DNA of 64,000 bases, from contig JAGALS010000038.1 in the NCBI GenBank assembly GCA_017625065.1, positions 7,139 through 71,138 on the forward strand. Direction: 5' to 3'. The position numbers were made by a program, and so were the translations under genes. The notes beneath the pieces are model-generated. The model made no database searches. It was not told where the DNA came from and saw only the letters and a program-made list of their open reading frames with translations. The DNA is from Clostridia bacterium (GTDB lineage Bacteria > Bacillota > Clostridia > Oscillospirales > CAG-272). Position 1 is the stretch's first letter. The number at the start of each line of letters is the position of its first letter. Shown here in pieces: positions 27,066 through 35,617 of this stretch.

Positions 27066-29441
27066 ATGAAAAAAACATTGAGCTTGCTTTTGTGCTTTGT
27101 TTTACTGCTTTCATCGGTAGCCTTTCTTTTTTCCTGTAAAAAAGAGGAAGACACGCCCCCCGTCGTCAGCGATGTATATGACATCGATTTGACGGGATAT
27201 TCGGTTATTCTGGGTGTGGAGTTGACCGATCTTGTCATTCAACAAGCATACACTTTTGCCAGAAATGTATCCAAATTGACAACGGTCGATATGAGCGTGG
27301 TCGATGATGCGATCGGTGATGTGGTCAAAACCAAGGATCCCGAAATTTTGATCGGTGTGACGACTCGTGAGGAATCGATCAAGACCTATAACGAGATCAA
27401 GGGCAACGGATGGGCGGTGAGCGTGTTCGAGCATAAGATCGCTATCGTTGGCACGACCCCGTATCTGACCGCCGTGGCGCTCGGCTGGTTTGAGCGAACC
27501 TATCTCAATGCCGAGCACGTGAACGGAACCACCTTGTCTGTGCAAGCCAAAAATGTTGTATCTGACCTACCGACCTTGTCCTTGACCGAAAAGGAAGGTG
27601 AGACGTATACGACCTTTACAGTCGTTTACGAGAAGGGAAAGGATGCGAACGACGCGTCTCACCAGGTTGCTACGATGGTCAGTGGTAGCCTTTCGGAAAA
27701 AACAGGACTGGAACCATCCTTCGTCACCGCTGACACCGAGGCGGCATCCAGAGAGATCCTGGTCGGCAATATGAGCCGCCCTGACGTGAAGGAGGAAATG
27801 GCAAAGATCGAGGCAGACGAGTATGCCGTGACCATCAAGGATAGCAAGATCTATTTGGTGGCGTGGAGCGACGAGGTCCTGCCTTCGGCATATGAGCTGT
27901 TCCAGGAAATGCTCTTCGCTTCATCTTTGACCGATGAAGCGGGCAATACGACGTACACCATTCCCTCGAATTGCACACTGGTAAAGAAATATACAAGCGA
28001 TTGGGTCACCGATTTCCCCAAGCCCGTGGCAGAGGGACTTTACCCCGAGGCAGCGGTGGATGCAAATGACGGGGCGCTTCAGTACATTTATGCCGGTCCC
28101 GGTGCTACGCGCGAGACCTTTGTGGCATATTGCGAGACCTTGAAGGCGGCTGGATATACACCTATGGGTAACGAGGATGAACAGTGGGAGGGAAGTAGCT
28201 TCCGCACCTTTGTTAACAATGAAAAGGATGTTTCTTTGCACGTGTCTCATATGGCGTTTTCACACGCCGAGGAGATGGAGGTAAAGGATTTGCCAAACAG
28301 CATCCGTGTCGTGTCCGGCTCTACAAAGTGGGGCGGTACCCAGGTCGATGCACAGTACTTCAGACCCCAGGTCGAGGGCGTTGATTACATCAAGAGAACG
28401 AATTCCAAGATTACGTCTAATCTGCTTGTGTACGGTGATAACGGCAACTGGGGACTTGGACAGGTCATCACACTTGCAGACGGAAGCTTTATTATTATCG
28501 ACGGCGGAAGAGACTATAGTGGAGAAGATACGGATAATCTCTGGGATCTGTTGCGCGAAATGCACAAAGAGACATATGGATCCTATCCCAGCAAGGATAT
28601 CCCACTTCATATCAGAGCATGGATCGTTACCCATGAGCACGGAGATCATCATAATATTGTTCAAAATTTCTGTAATAAGTACGGTTCAAAAGTCGAGGTG
28701 CGATTTGACTATCTTTTGGCCAATCTCGGCTCATTGACTCAGCTGCGTACAGCCGGTGGTACATATAGCCTTAGAAGCAACATAAAAAAATATCAGGATA
28801 CCGTGAAGAACGGCTTTGAGTATATTCAAGTGAATACCGGTCAGGTCTTTTATTTTGCAAATTGCAGACTTGAGATCTTGCACACTATCGATGATATCTA
28901 TCCTTGGAGATGCTCGGAGACCAACAATGCGAATACCGTTACCCGTACCTTCTTGTATGAAAGTGATGGCGTAAATACCCACACGACGTCCTCGCTGTGG
29001 CTTGGTGACGCGGAAATGCAGGCAAGCCGAGCATCGCTCGCTATGTACGGCTCCTTCCTTTCCAGTGATCAGGTGCAGGTCGCTCACCACGGTAACAACG
29101 GTGGCTCCGATAAACGGATATATGAGATGGTAGCTGACAAATGTTCGGTTATTTGGTATCCCAACTGTGTAAGCAAGTCTGCCCTTGATAGAGCATTGCG
29201 CGGCGATTGGGGCTGTAATTTCAGCGCAGCATTTAAAAATCCCAATTGCAAGCTGATGATCTTTAACGGCTCTATATATGGGGGCGAGTATAAAATGTGG
29301 AACGTGACCTTAAAGATCACGGCTACAGGTCCTTTGTACGATCAATTATACAATCCTGTCAGCGGTGAACATATTGAGGCCAAGGGAGAAGTGTGGCCTG
29401 CGGTAGACGTTCAGGCATATATAGCCGCAGTCGGAAAATAA
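27066..29441 (+). CDS. Lipoprotein paralog 2 with C-terminal ComEC-type MBL-fold domain
   Basis: RBS AGAGGAGAA. The signal is MKKTLSLLLCFVLLLSSVAFLFSC. MBL motifs are LADGSFIIIDGG, VTHEHGDHHN (HEHGDH at 28632-28649), LWLGDAE and QVAHHGNNGGS. Confidence 0.85.
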   Translation: MKKTLSLLLCFVLLLSSVAFLFSCKKEEDTPPVVSDVYDIDLTGYSVILGVELTDLVIQQAYTFARNVSKLTTVDMSVVDDAIGDVVKTKDPEILIGVTTREESIKTYNEIKGNGWAVSVFEHKIAIVGTTPYLTAVALGWFERTYLNAEHVNGTTLSVQAKNVVSDLPTLSLTEKEGETYTTFTVVYEKGKDANDASHQVATMVSGSLSEKTGLEPSFVTADTEAASREILVGNMSRPDVKEEMAKIEADEYAVTIKDSKIYLVAWSDEVLPSAYELFQEMLFASSLTDEAGNTTYTIPSNCTLVKKYTSDWVTDFPKPVAEGLYPEAAVDANDGALQYIYAGPGATRETFVAYCETLKAAGYTPMGNEDEQWEGSSFRTFVNNEKDVSLHVSHMAFSHAEEMEVKDLPNSIRVVSGSTKWGGTQVDAQYFRPQVEGVDYIKRTNSKITSNLLVYGDNGNWGLGQVITLADGSFIIIDGGRDYSGEDTDNLWDLLREMHKETYGSYPSKDIPLHIRAWIVTHEHGDHHNIVQNFCNKYGSKVEVRFDYLLANLGSLTQLRTAGGTYSLRSNIKKYQDTVKNGFEYIQVNTGQVFYFANCRLEILHTIDDIYPWRCSETNNANTVTRTFLYESDGVNTHTTSSLWLGDAEMQASRASLAMYGSFLSSDQVQVAHHGNNGGSDKRIYEMVADKCSVIWYPNCVSKSALDRALRGDWGCNFSAAFKNPNCKLMIFNGSIYGGEYKMWNVTLKITATGPLYDQLYNPVSGEHIEAKGEVWPAVDVQAYIAAVGK

Positions 29442-29483
29442 TCAGATTAGAAATTTTGTGATAAACAAAAAAGGAGAACGGAT

Positions 29484-31847
29484 ATGAAGAAGCGGATACT
29501 GAGCTTATTGCTATGCATCACGCTGTTATTGTCATCCATCTTATTCCTTTCCTCCTGCAGTAAAATCGATGACGGGATCAAGATCAGCCGCAAGGTGGTT
29601 GACGTGGATCTCGCGGGCTATTCGATCATTACGGGAACTGAACTGACCGAGGCGGGGAATCAACACGTACTTGATTTTGCCAAGAGCTTGTCCGAACGAA
29701 CCGCACTTGAAATCAGTGTGGTCACGGAGACCGAGACCGTGGAGGTCAAGAACGAAACCCCCGAGATCCTGATCGGTATGACTCATCGGCAGGAAACCGT
29801 TAAGGTCTTGAATGAGATAGAGGGTGTCGGTTGGGCAGTTCGGGTGTTTAAGAATAAGGTCGTTATCGTTGGCACGACCCCCTATCTGACCAGAGTCGCG
29901 CTCAATTGGTTTGAACGGACCTATTTCAATACCGAGTGTATGAGCGCAACGACCTTGTCTGTTCATCAAAAGGTGATGCGCGCGGAAATGTCGACGGTCC
30001 CGCTGGTTCCGACGGATGGCGGGATCCAGGATGCTTTCACGGTGGTCTATGAGAAGGGGAAGGACGACAGAGACGTGCCGCATCAGATCGGCACCCAAGT
30101 CGTGAACGATCTTTCGGAGAAAACGGGCATCAAAGCCCTGTTTGTGACGTCTGACAGTGACATACAGACAAAAGAGCTGCTGGTCGGCAATATGAGCCGT
30201 CACGATGTAAAGGTAGAAATGGCAAAGGTCGATGTCAACGAGTATGCTGTTTCGGTTCAGAACGGCAAGATCTATCTGGTCTCGTGGAGTGACGAGATCC
30301 TTCCTTCGGCATATGAGCTTTTTCAGGACGTTTTGCTCGGTTCCTCTTCTGTGGATGAAGCGGGAAATACCGTTTATGAGATCCCCTCTGATTCTATATT
30401 GGTACGCTATTTTGGCGGTGATTGGATCACCGATTTCCCAAGACCCAAAGGGGAAGGGATCACCCCTGAGGCTGCGGTTGATGTGAATGATAACTGCTAT
30501 CAATACATTTACAGCGGCAACGGTGTCACGCGCGAGGCGTTTATCGCATATTGTGAGACCCTGAAGGCGGCAGGCTTTACCCCTATGGGTGACGAGGACG
30601 TACAATGGGAGGGAAGCAGCTTCCGCACCTTTGTCAACAACGAAAAAGGGCTTTCCCTGCACGTGTCCCATATGGCATTTACACATGCTGCCGAGCAAGA
30701 GGTCAACGGCCCGATGAACAGCATTCGTATCGTGGTCGGTTATACGGAATCGGGCGGAAAGCTGGTCGATGCCAAGTATTTCAGACCCCAGGTCGAGGGT
30801 GTTGATTACGTGAGAAGAATGAATTCTCAGATCACGTCCAATCGAATCGATGTGGCGCCAAGCAACTGGGGACTCGGGCAGGTCATCACTCTTGCCGACG
30901 GTAGCTTTATCGTGATCGACGGCGGTCGAATTTATGGCAAAGGCGAGACGGAAAATGTCTGGAATTTGATGCGTGAGATGCATAAAAAAGCGCATGGGAG
31001 CTATCCTACCGCCGAAAATCCCATTCATATCAGGGCGTGGATCATTACGCATGAGCACGGCGACCATCACAATCTGGTTCGCAGATTCTGCGTGAACTAT
31101 GGCGGCAAGGCAGAATTGAGATTTGACTACCTTATGTATAATCCGGGCTCTGATATGCAGCTTCGCGTGGCGGGCGCTACGACCAGCCTCAGAAACAATA
31201 TGGAATATTATAAAGAGCAAGTTCTAAACGGCTTTGAGTATATTCAAGTGAATACTGGAAATGTCTTCTATTTTGCCAATTGCAGACTTGAGATCCTGAC
31301 GACTGTTGACGATCTGTATCCTTGGAGATGCTCGGAGCAAAATAACGCTTCCTTGATCTTCCGAACCGCTTTGTTTGAAAGCGACGGTCAGAATACTCAC
31401 GAGACGACCTCACTGTGGCTTGGAGATGCGGAAGTACAGATCAGTCAGGCAGCGCGTGCGATGTACGGTAGCTTCCTGCAAAGCGATCAGGTACAGATAT
31501 CACATCATGGCAACTGGGGCGGCTCGGAGCAAAAGCTGTATCAGCTGGTTGGTAACTGTAAAGTGATCTGGTATCCCGGCTGTGTAAGCAAGGGCGCGTT
31601 GGAGGCCTGTATGAATGACGGCTGGTCTTACAGTCCTTCGTTCAAGAATCCGGAATGTAAGCTGCTGATCTTCAACGGCGCAGAATATACCAGTTATCCG
31701 GTGTGGAACGTGACTCTGACGATCACGGCAGCAGGACCCTTGTATGACCAATTATACGATGCCGTTACCGGTGAGAATGTGTCGGCAAAGGGCGAGCTGT
31801 GGCCGGTGATCGACGTGCAGGCGTATCGATCGTCAGTCGGGAAATAA
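29484..31847 (+). CDS. Lipoprotein paralog 3 with C-terminal ComEC-type MBL-fold domain
   Basis: RBS AAAGGAGAA. The signal is MKKRILSLLLCITLLLSSILFLSSC. HEHGDH lies at 31050-31067, followed by LWLGDAE and QISHHGNWGGS. The start is only 42 nt after the paralog 2 stop, with no promoter or terminator between them. Confidence 0.85.
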   Translation: MKKRILSLLLCITLLLSSILFLSSCSKIDDGIKISRKVVDVDLAGYSIITGTELTEAGNQHVLDFAKSLSERTALEISVVTETETVEVKNETPEILIGMTHRQETVKVLNEIEGVGWAVRVFKNKVVIVGTTPYLTRVALNWFERTYFNTECMSATTLSVHQKVMRAEMSTVPLVPTDGGIQDAFTVVYEKGKDDRDVPHQIGTQVVNDLSEKTGIKALFVTSDSDIQTKELLVGNMSRHDVKVEMAKVDVNEYAVSVQNGKIYLVSWSDEILPSAYELFQDVLLGSSSVDEAGNTVYEIPSDSILVRYFGGDWITDFPRPKGEGITPEAAVDVNDNCYQYIYSGNGVTREAFIAYCETLKAAGFTPMGDEDVQWEGSSFRTFVNNEKGLSLHVSHMAFTHAAEQEVNGPMNSIRIVVGYTESGGKLVDAKYFRPQVEGVDYVRRMNSQITSNRIDVAPSNWGLGQVITLADGSFIVIDGGRIYGKGETENVWNLMREMHKKAHGSYPTAENPIHIRAWIITHEHGDHHNLVRRFCVNYGGKAELRFDYLMYNPGSDMQLRVAGATTSLRNNMEYYKEQVLNGFEYIQVNTGNVFYFANCRLEILTTVDDLYPWRCSEQNNASLIFRTALFESDGQNTHETTSLWLGDAEVQISQAARAMYGSFLQSDQVQISHHGNWGGSEQKLYQLVGNCKVIWYPGCVSKGALEACMNDGWSYSPSFKNPECKLLIFNGAEYTSYPVWNVTLTITAAGPLYDQLYDAVTGENVSAKGELWPVIDVQAYRSSVGK

Positions 31848-32033
31848 TTGTAACATAAGCGAAACGAGCGAATTTTGCGCGCTTTTGACGTGAAAAATTG
31901 CAAGCAAACGGGTGTGTTTTCAGCTTTTGAATAAAAAAGGTTTTGCATTTGGTGTATATACCAAAACAAGCAAAAGCATTTTTGTGAAAAAAGATGAAAA
32001 TCGTAGGCAAAATATAAATTTTCAAGACAGCTC

Positions 32034-32062
32034 TTGCAATTTCAACAAAAAAATGTTATAAT
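32034..32062 (+). promoter_or_regulatory. Promoter of MBL-lipoprotein paralog 4
   Basis: TTGCAA, a spacer of exactly 17 nt, then TATAAT. Confidence 0.65.
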
Positions 32063-32123
32063 TACAATGTTTTGATATGCGCGCTGATAGGGCGCGTTTG
32101 CATCAACATAAAGGAGAACAACT

Positions 32124-34520
32124 ATGAAAAAACGAGTGTTAAGTTTTTTGATGTGCATTGCAGTGCTGATGTCGTCTGTGGCGATTCTTTCATCCTGTAA
32201 AAAGGCTGACGGTGACATTAAGACAAGCAGCAAGGTCGTGGACGTGGATCTGACCGGATATTCGATCGTTTCGGGTGCGGATCTGACCGAATCGGGTCAG
32301 CAGCACGTGCTTGCTTTTGCACAAAACCTGTCTAAGGTCTCGACCGTCGATATGAGCGTGATCACGGATACGTCGGAAGAAGAGACCTCCAGCGACAAGC
32401 CCGAAATTCTGGTCGGTCAGACCAGTCGTAAGGAATCCTCCAAGGTGCTCAACAGCATCAAGGGCGCCGGTTGGGCGATCCGTGTGATGTCCAATAAGAT
32501 CGTTATTGTTGGAACGACCCCGTATCTGACCAGAGTTGCATTGACCCATTTCGAAAGAACGTATATCAATGCCGAGCATTTCAATGCGACGATACTTTCC
32601 ACAAACGACAAGATCGCGGTGTCCAGAATACCCACCATTCCGCTTGTTGATACTGTTGACGGAACCGACAGTACCTTTGTTGTCGTTTACGAAAAGGGAA
32701 AAGATAAAAACGATGCTCCCAATCAGATCGGCACACAGACCGCTAACAGTATTTTTGAGAGAACCGGTGTCAGTGCTATGGTCGTCACATCCAACAGCGA
32801 TGTGCAGGAAAAAGAGATCCTGGTCGGCAGTATGAGCCGTCTTGACGTAAAAGAGCAAATGGCAAAGATCGAGGCGGATGAGTACGCCGTTATGATCGAG
32901 AACGGTAAGATCTACCTCGTGGCGTGGAGCGACGACGTGCTGCCTTCCGCGTACGAGCTGTTCCAGGATATGCTGTTTGGCTCTTCCTATACCGATGATG
33001 ACGGAAATACCTTTTATGAGATCCCCTCTAACTGCACGGTGGTGCAGACCTTTGCAAGCGATTGGTTCACCGATTTTCCCAAGCCCGAAGCAGAGGGACT
33101 GTATCCCGAGGCTGCCGTTGACGCAAACGACGGAGCCCTGCAGTACATTTACAGTGGCGAGGGTGCTACGCGCGAGACCTTCGTGGCATATTGCGAGACC
33201 TTGAAGGCTGCGGGCTACAGACCCGTTGGCAATGAGGACGTACAGTGGGAGGGAAGCAGCTTCCGTACCTTTGTCCACGACGAGAAGGGTGTTTCCTTGC
33301 AGGTGTCTCACATGGCATTTGCACACGCTGCAACGCAGAAGGTCGAGGGTCTTGTCAACAGCATCCGTATTGTGTCCGGATCGACCGCTTGGGGCGGAAC
33401 TGTGGTTGACGAGAAGTATCTGAGACCTCAGATCGAGGGCACCGAGGAAGAAGTGAAAAACGGAACGGCAGATTACGTGAGAAGAATGAATTCTCAGATC
33501 ACCTGTAACATGATCGACTACAGCTCGCCCGCTAACTGGGGCCTTGGACAGGTCATCACCCTTGCCGACGGCAGCTTCATCATCATCGATGGCGGTCGAG
33601 CTAAAGGTGCCGACGAGACCGCGAACGTGTGGACCTTGATGAGAGAAATGCACAAGAAAGCATACGGTGAGTATCCTACAAAAGAGCATCCCGTTCATAT
33701 CAGAGCATGGCTTATTACACACGAGCACGGAGACCATCACAACATTTTGATGAATTTCACCAGAAATTACGGCTTTTTGCCCGAGGTGAGAATGGATTAT
33801 CTGATGGAAAACTTCGGTTCCATGACTCAGCTTCGTGCGGCGGGTGGTAACTACAACGTAAGAAATAATATCAAACAATTGCAGGAAAAGGTGAAGAACG
33901 GTTTTGAGTATATTCAGGTGAATACCGGAAACGTCTTCTACTTTGCTAACTGTAGATTTGAGATCCTGGTTACGATCGACGATATGTATCCCTGGAGATG
34001 CTCCGAGACCAACAATGCAACCACGGTCACCCGTACCGCCCTGCTTGAACGCGATGATGCAGGCAATAGCTGTGAAATTACCTCGCTGTGGCTTGGAGAC
34101 GCAGAATGGCAGCAAAGCCGTGTTGCACGCGCTATGTACGGACCCTTCCTGGATAGTGACCATATCCAAGTGGCGCACCACGGCAGTAGCGGCGGTTCTG
34201 AAAAGGAATTGTATCAGTTGGTCGGAAATTGCAGTGTCATTTGGTTCCCGACCTGTGTCAATAGGGCTACGATCGAAAGATGCTTGGATAACAATTGGTC
34301 TTACAGCCCATCGTTTAAGAATCCCGAATGTAAGCTGATGATCTTCAACGGCTCTGAGTATAATATGTATCCCAGATGGGAGGTCACCTTGACACTTACC
34401 GCAACGGGAGCCTTGTACGATCAGCTTTACGATGCTTCGACCGGTGAGTTGCTTGACGCGAAGGGTGAAGTATGGCCTGCGGTAGACGTGCAGGCTTACA
34501 GAGAAGCCGTAGGACGTTAA
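32124..34520 (+). CDS. Lipoprotein paralog 4 with C-terminal ComEC-type MBL-fold domain
   Basis: RBS AAAGGAGAA. The signal is MKKRVLSFLMCIAVLMSSVAILSSC. HEHGDH lies at 33720-33737, followed by LWLGDAE and QVAHHGSSGGS. Confidence 0.85.
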   Translation: MKKRVLSFLMCIAVLMSSVAILSSCKKADGDIKTSSKVVDVDLTGYSIVSGADLTESGQQHVLAFAQNLSKVSTVDMSVITDTSEEETSSDKPEILVGQTSRKESSKVLNSIKGAGWAIRVMSNKIVIVGTTPYLTRVALTHFERTYINAEHFNATILSTNDKIAVSRIPTIPLVDTVDGTDSTFVVVYEKGKDKNDAPNQIGTQTANSIFERTGVSAMVVTSNSDVQEKEILVGSMSRLDVKEQMAKIEADEYAVMIENGKIYLVAWSDDVLPSAYELFQDMLFGSSYTDDDGNTFYEIPSNCTVVQTFASDWFTDFPKPEAEGLYPEAAVDANDGALQYIYSGEGATRETFVAYCETLKAAGYRPVGNEDVQWEGSSFRTFVHDEKGVSLQVSHMAFAHAATQKVEGLVNSIRIVSGSTAWGGTVVDEKYLRPQIEGTEEEVKNGTADYVRRMNSQITCNMIDYSSPANWGLGQVITLADGSFIIIDGGRAKGADETANVWTLMREMHKKAYGEYPTKEHPVHIRAWLITHEHGDHHNILMNFTRNYGFLPEVRMDYLMENFGSMTQLRAAGGNYNVRNNIKQLQEKVKNGFEYIQVNTGNVFYFANCRFEILVTIDDMYPWRCSETNNATTVTRTALLERDDAGNSCEITSLWLGDAEWQQSRVARAMYGPFLDSDHIQVAHHGSSGGSEKELYQLVGNCSVIWFPTCVNRATIERCLDNNWSYSPSFKNPECKLMIFNGSEYNMYPRWEVTLTLTATGALYDQLYDASTGELLDAKGEVWPAVDVQAYREAVGR

Positions 34521-34546
34521 GTTTAGCTTAAATCAATATAACAAAA

Positions 34547-34595
34547 ATGCGGATGGCGTTCTCCTTCGGGTGAAACGCCATCCGCATCCTTTTTG
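34547..34595 (+). terminator. Rho-independent terminator after paralog 4
   Basis: 14-bp stem ATGCGGATGGCGTT / AACGCCATCCGCAT followed by CCTTTTTG. Confidence 0.8.
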
Positions 34596-34597
34596 TA

Positions 34598-34632
34598 AAA
34601 CACGAACGCCACCGGCATCGCCGGTGGCTTTC
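34598..34632 (-). terminator. Candidate terminator of the coaW-like gene
   Basis: 9-bp GC-rich stem GCCACCGGC / GCCGGTGGC with a 3-nt loop. On the minus strand it is followed by GTTCGTGTTTT. Confidence 0.5.
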
Positions 34633-34642
34633 GTTTCGTCGT

Positions 34643-35494
34643 TTATTCGGTAGGGCAGAGTGCGGCACCGATCACGGTGCCGTATTGTGCGTTTTCGGGA
34701 ACGATGAACCGAATGCCGAAATTCTTTTCCATCACGTCAAATACCCGACGGATCGGGGCAATGGTCGTCAGATTTCCCGTCAGCACGACTTGATCCAATT
34801 GATAATTGCGCGCCGCGAATACCGCCATCATACCAATGGTTTCGGCAACCATATTTGCAATGCCCAAGGCGATATCGTGCTTGCTTGCAAGGTCGCTGAG
34901 CTTGCCGAAGTTGGATGCGGTCAGTTCGTAGTTGACACCGGGATAAATGTTTTTGGCTGAAATATCGCGGATGCGCAGATCTGTGTTGGCAAGATCGCCG
35001 CCCTCACAGAGCTGCTCGATGTGCTCCACCGTGTCAACGCCCAGCATCTTGCGGGAAAGCCCGATCAAGGTGCCGCCGCCAACACCAGTGCCGCCCAAAT
35101 ACTTGGTCTTGGTGCACTCGCCCAGCCGTTTGGCGTGAATGAGGGCTGTACCTGTTCCCATACTGACCACAATGGCTTCTTCCAAGCCCGATAAGTAAAG
35201 ACCGCCAAGTCCTACGCTGTCAAATTCGGGTACAGTACGGCAGTCAAGCCCCTCGTAAAGCGGTTTATCCAAAAACGCAGAGCCGGCACCCGTCACCATC
35301 ACACGGTCAATGTCAGACAGCGCCAAGCCGTTTTGCATCGTAAATTTACCAAACGCGCCGTAGATCGAGGTTAAAGGGTCGGTGGCGCGCACGCATTGGG
35401 GGGCGATCAATTGCTTTTGCCCGTCTTCGTCGCAAAATCCAACGATCTTGGTGGTGCTGCCGCCCACGTCAATGCCAAGAATGGCTTTTCCCAT
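34643..35494 (-). CDS. coaW: Type II pantothenate kinase (CoaW-like, ASKHA fold)
   Basis: GIDVGGSTTKIVGF, GTGTALI, GGTGVGGGTLIGL, LTASNFGK and YGTVIGAAL follow the motif order I recall from staphylococcal CoaW. Confidence 0.6.
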   Translation of the reverse strand: MGKAILGIDVGGSTTKIVGFCDEDGQKQLIAPQCVRATDPLTSIYGAFGKFTMQNGLALSDIDRVMVTGAGSAFLDKPLYEGLDCRTVPEFDSVGLGGLYLSGLEEAIVVSMGTGTALIHAKRLGECTKTKYLGGTGVGGGTLIGLSRKMLGVDTVEHIEQLCEGGDLANTDLRIRDISAKNIYPGVNYELTASNFGKLSDLASKHDIALGIANMVAETIGMMAVFAARNYQLDQVVLTGNLTTIAPIRRVFDVMEKNFGIRFIVPENAQYGTVIGAALCPTE

Positions 35495-35543
35495 AGGTCA
35501 CACTCCTTTGTTATCGTGTCTGTTTTTTTATTTTACCATAATA

Positions 35544-35572
35544 TTGAAAAAAAATCAAGCCTATGCTATAAT
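35544..35572 (+). promoter_or_regulatory. rqcH promoter
   Basis: TTGAAA, a 17-nt spacer, then TATAAT. Confidence 0.55.
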
Positions 35573-35617
35573 TAGAGAGTAATTCAAAAGGAAAGACCTG
35601 ACCGAAAGGAGCAAATT

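Noticed and set aside
26954-27139. 61-aa ORF spanning the paralog 2 promoter and start region.
   Set aside because: It overlaps the -35/-10 elements and the RBS of paralog 2, is out of frame with it, has no RBS of its own, and its C-terminal part is just an off-frame reading of the signal-peptide codons.
24401-34520. Diversity-generating retroelement, shufflon or phase-variable cassette system acting on the four paralogs.
   Set aside because: There is no reverse transcriptase, no template-repeat/variable-repeat pair with adenine-specific differences, and no silent promoterless cassettes. All four copies are full length with signal peptides. Differences are spread along the genes and are largely synonymous where I checked.
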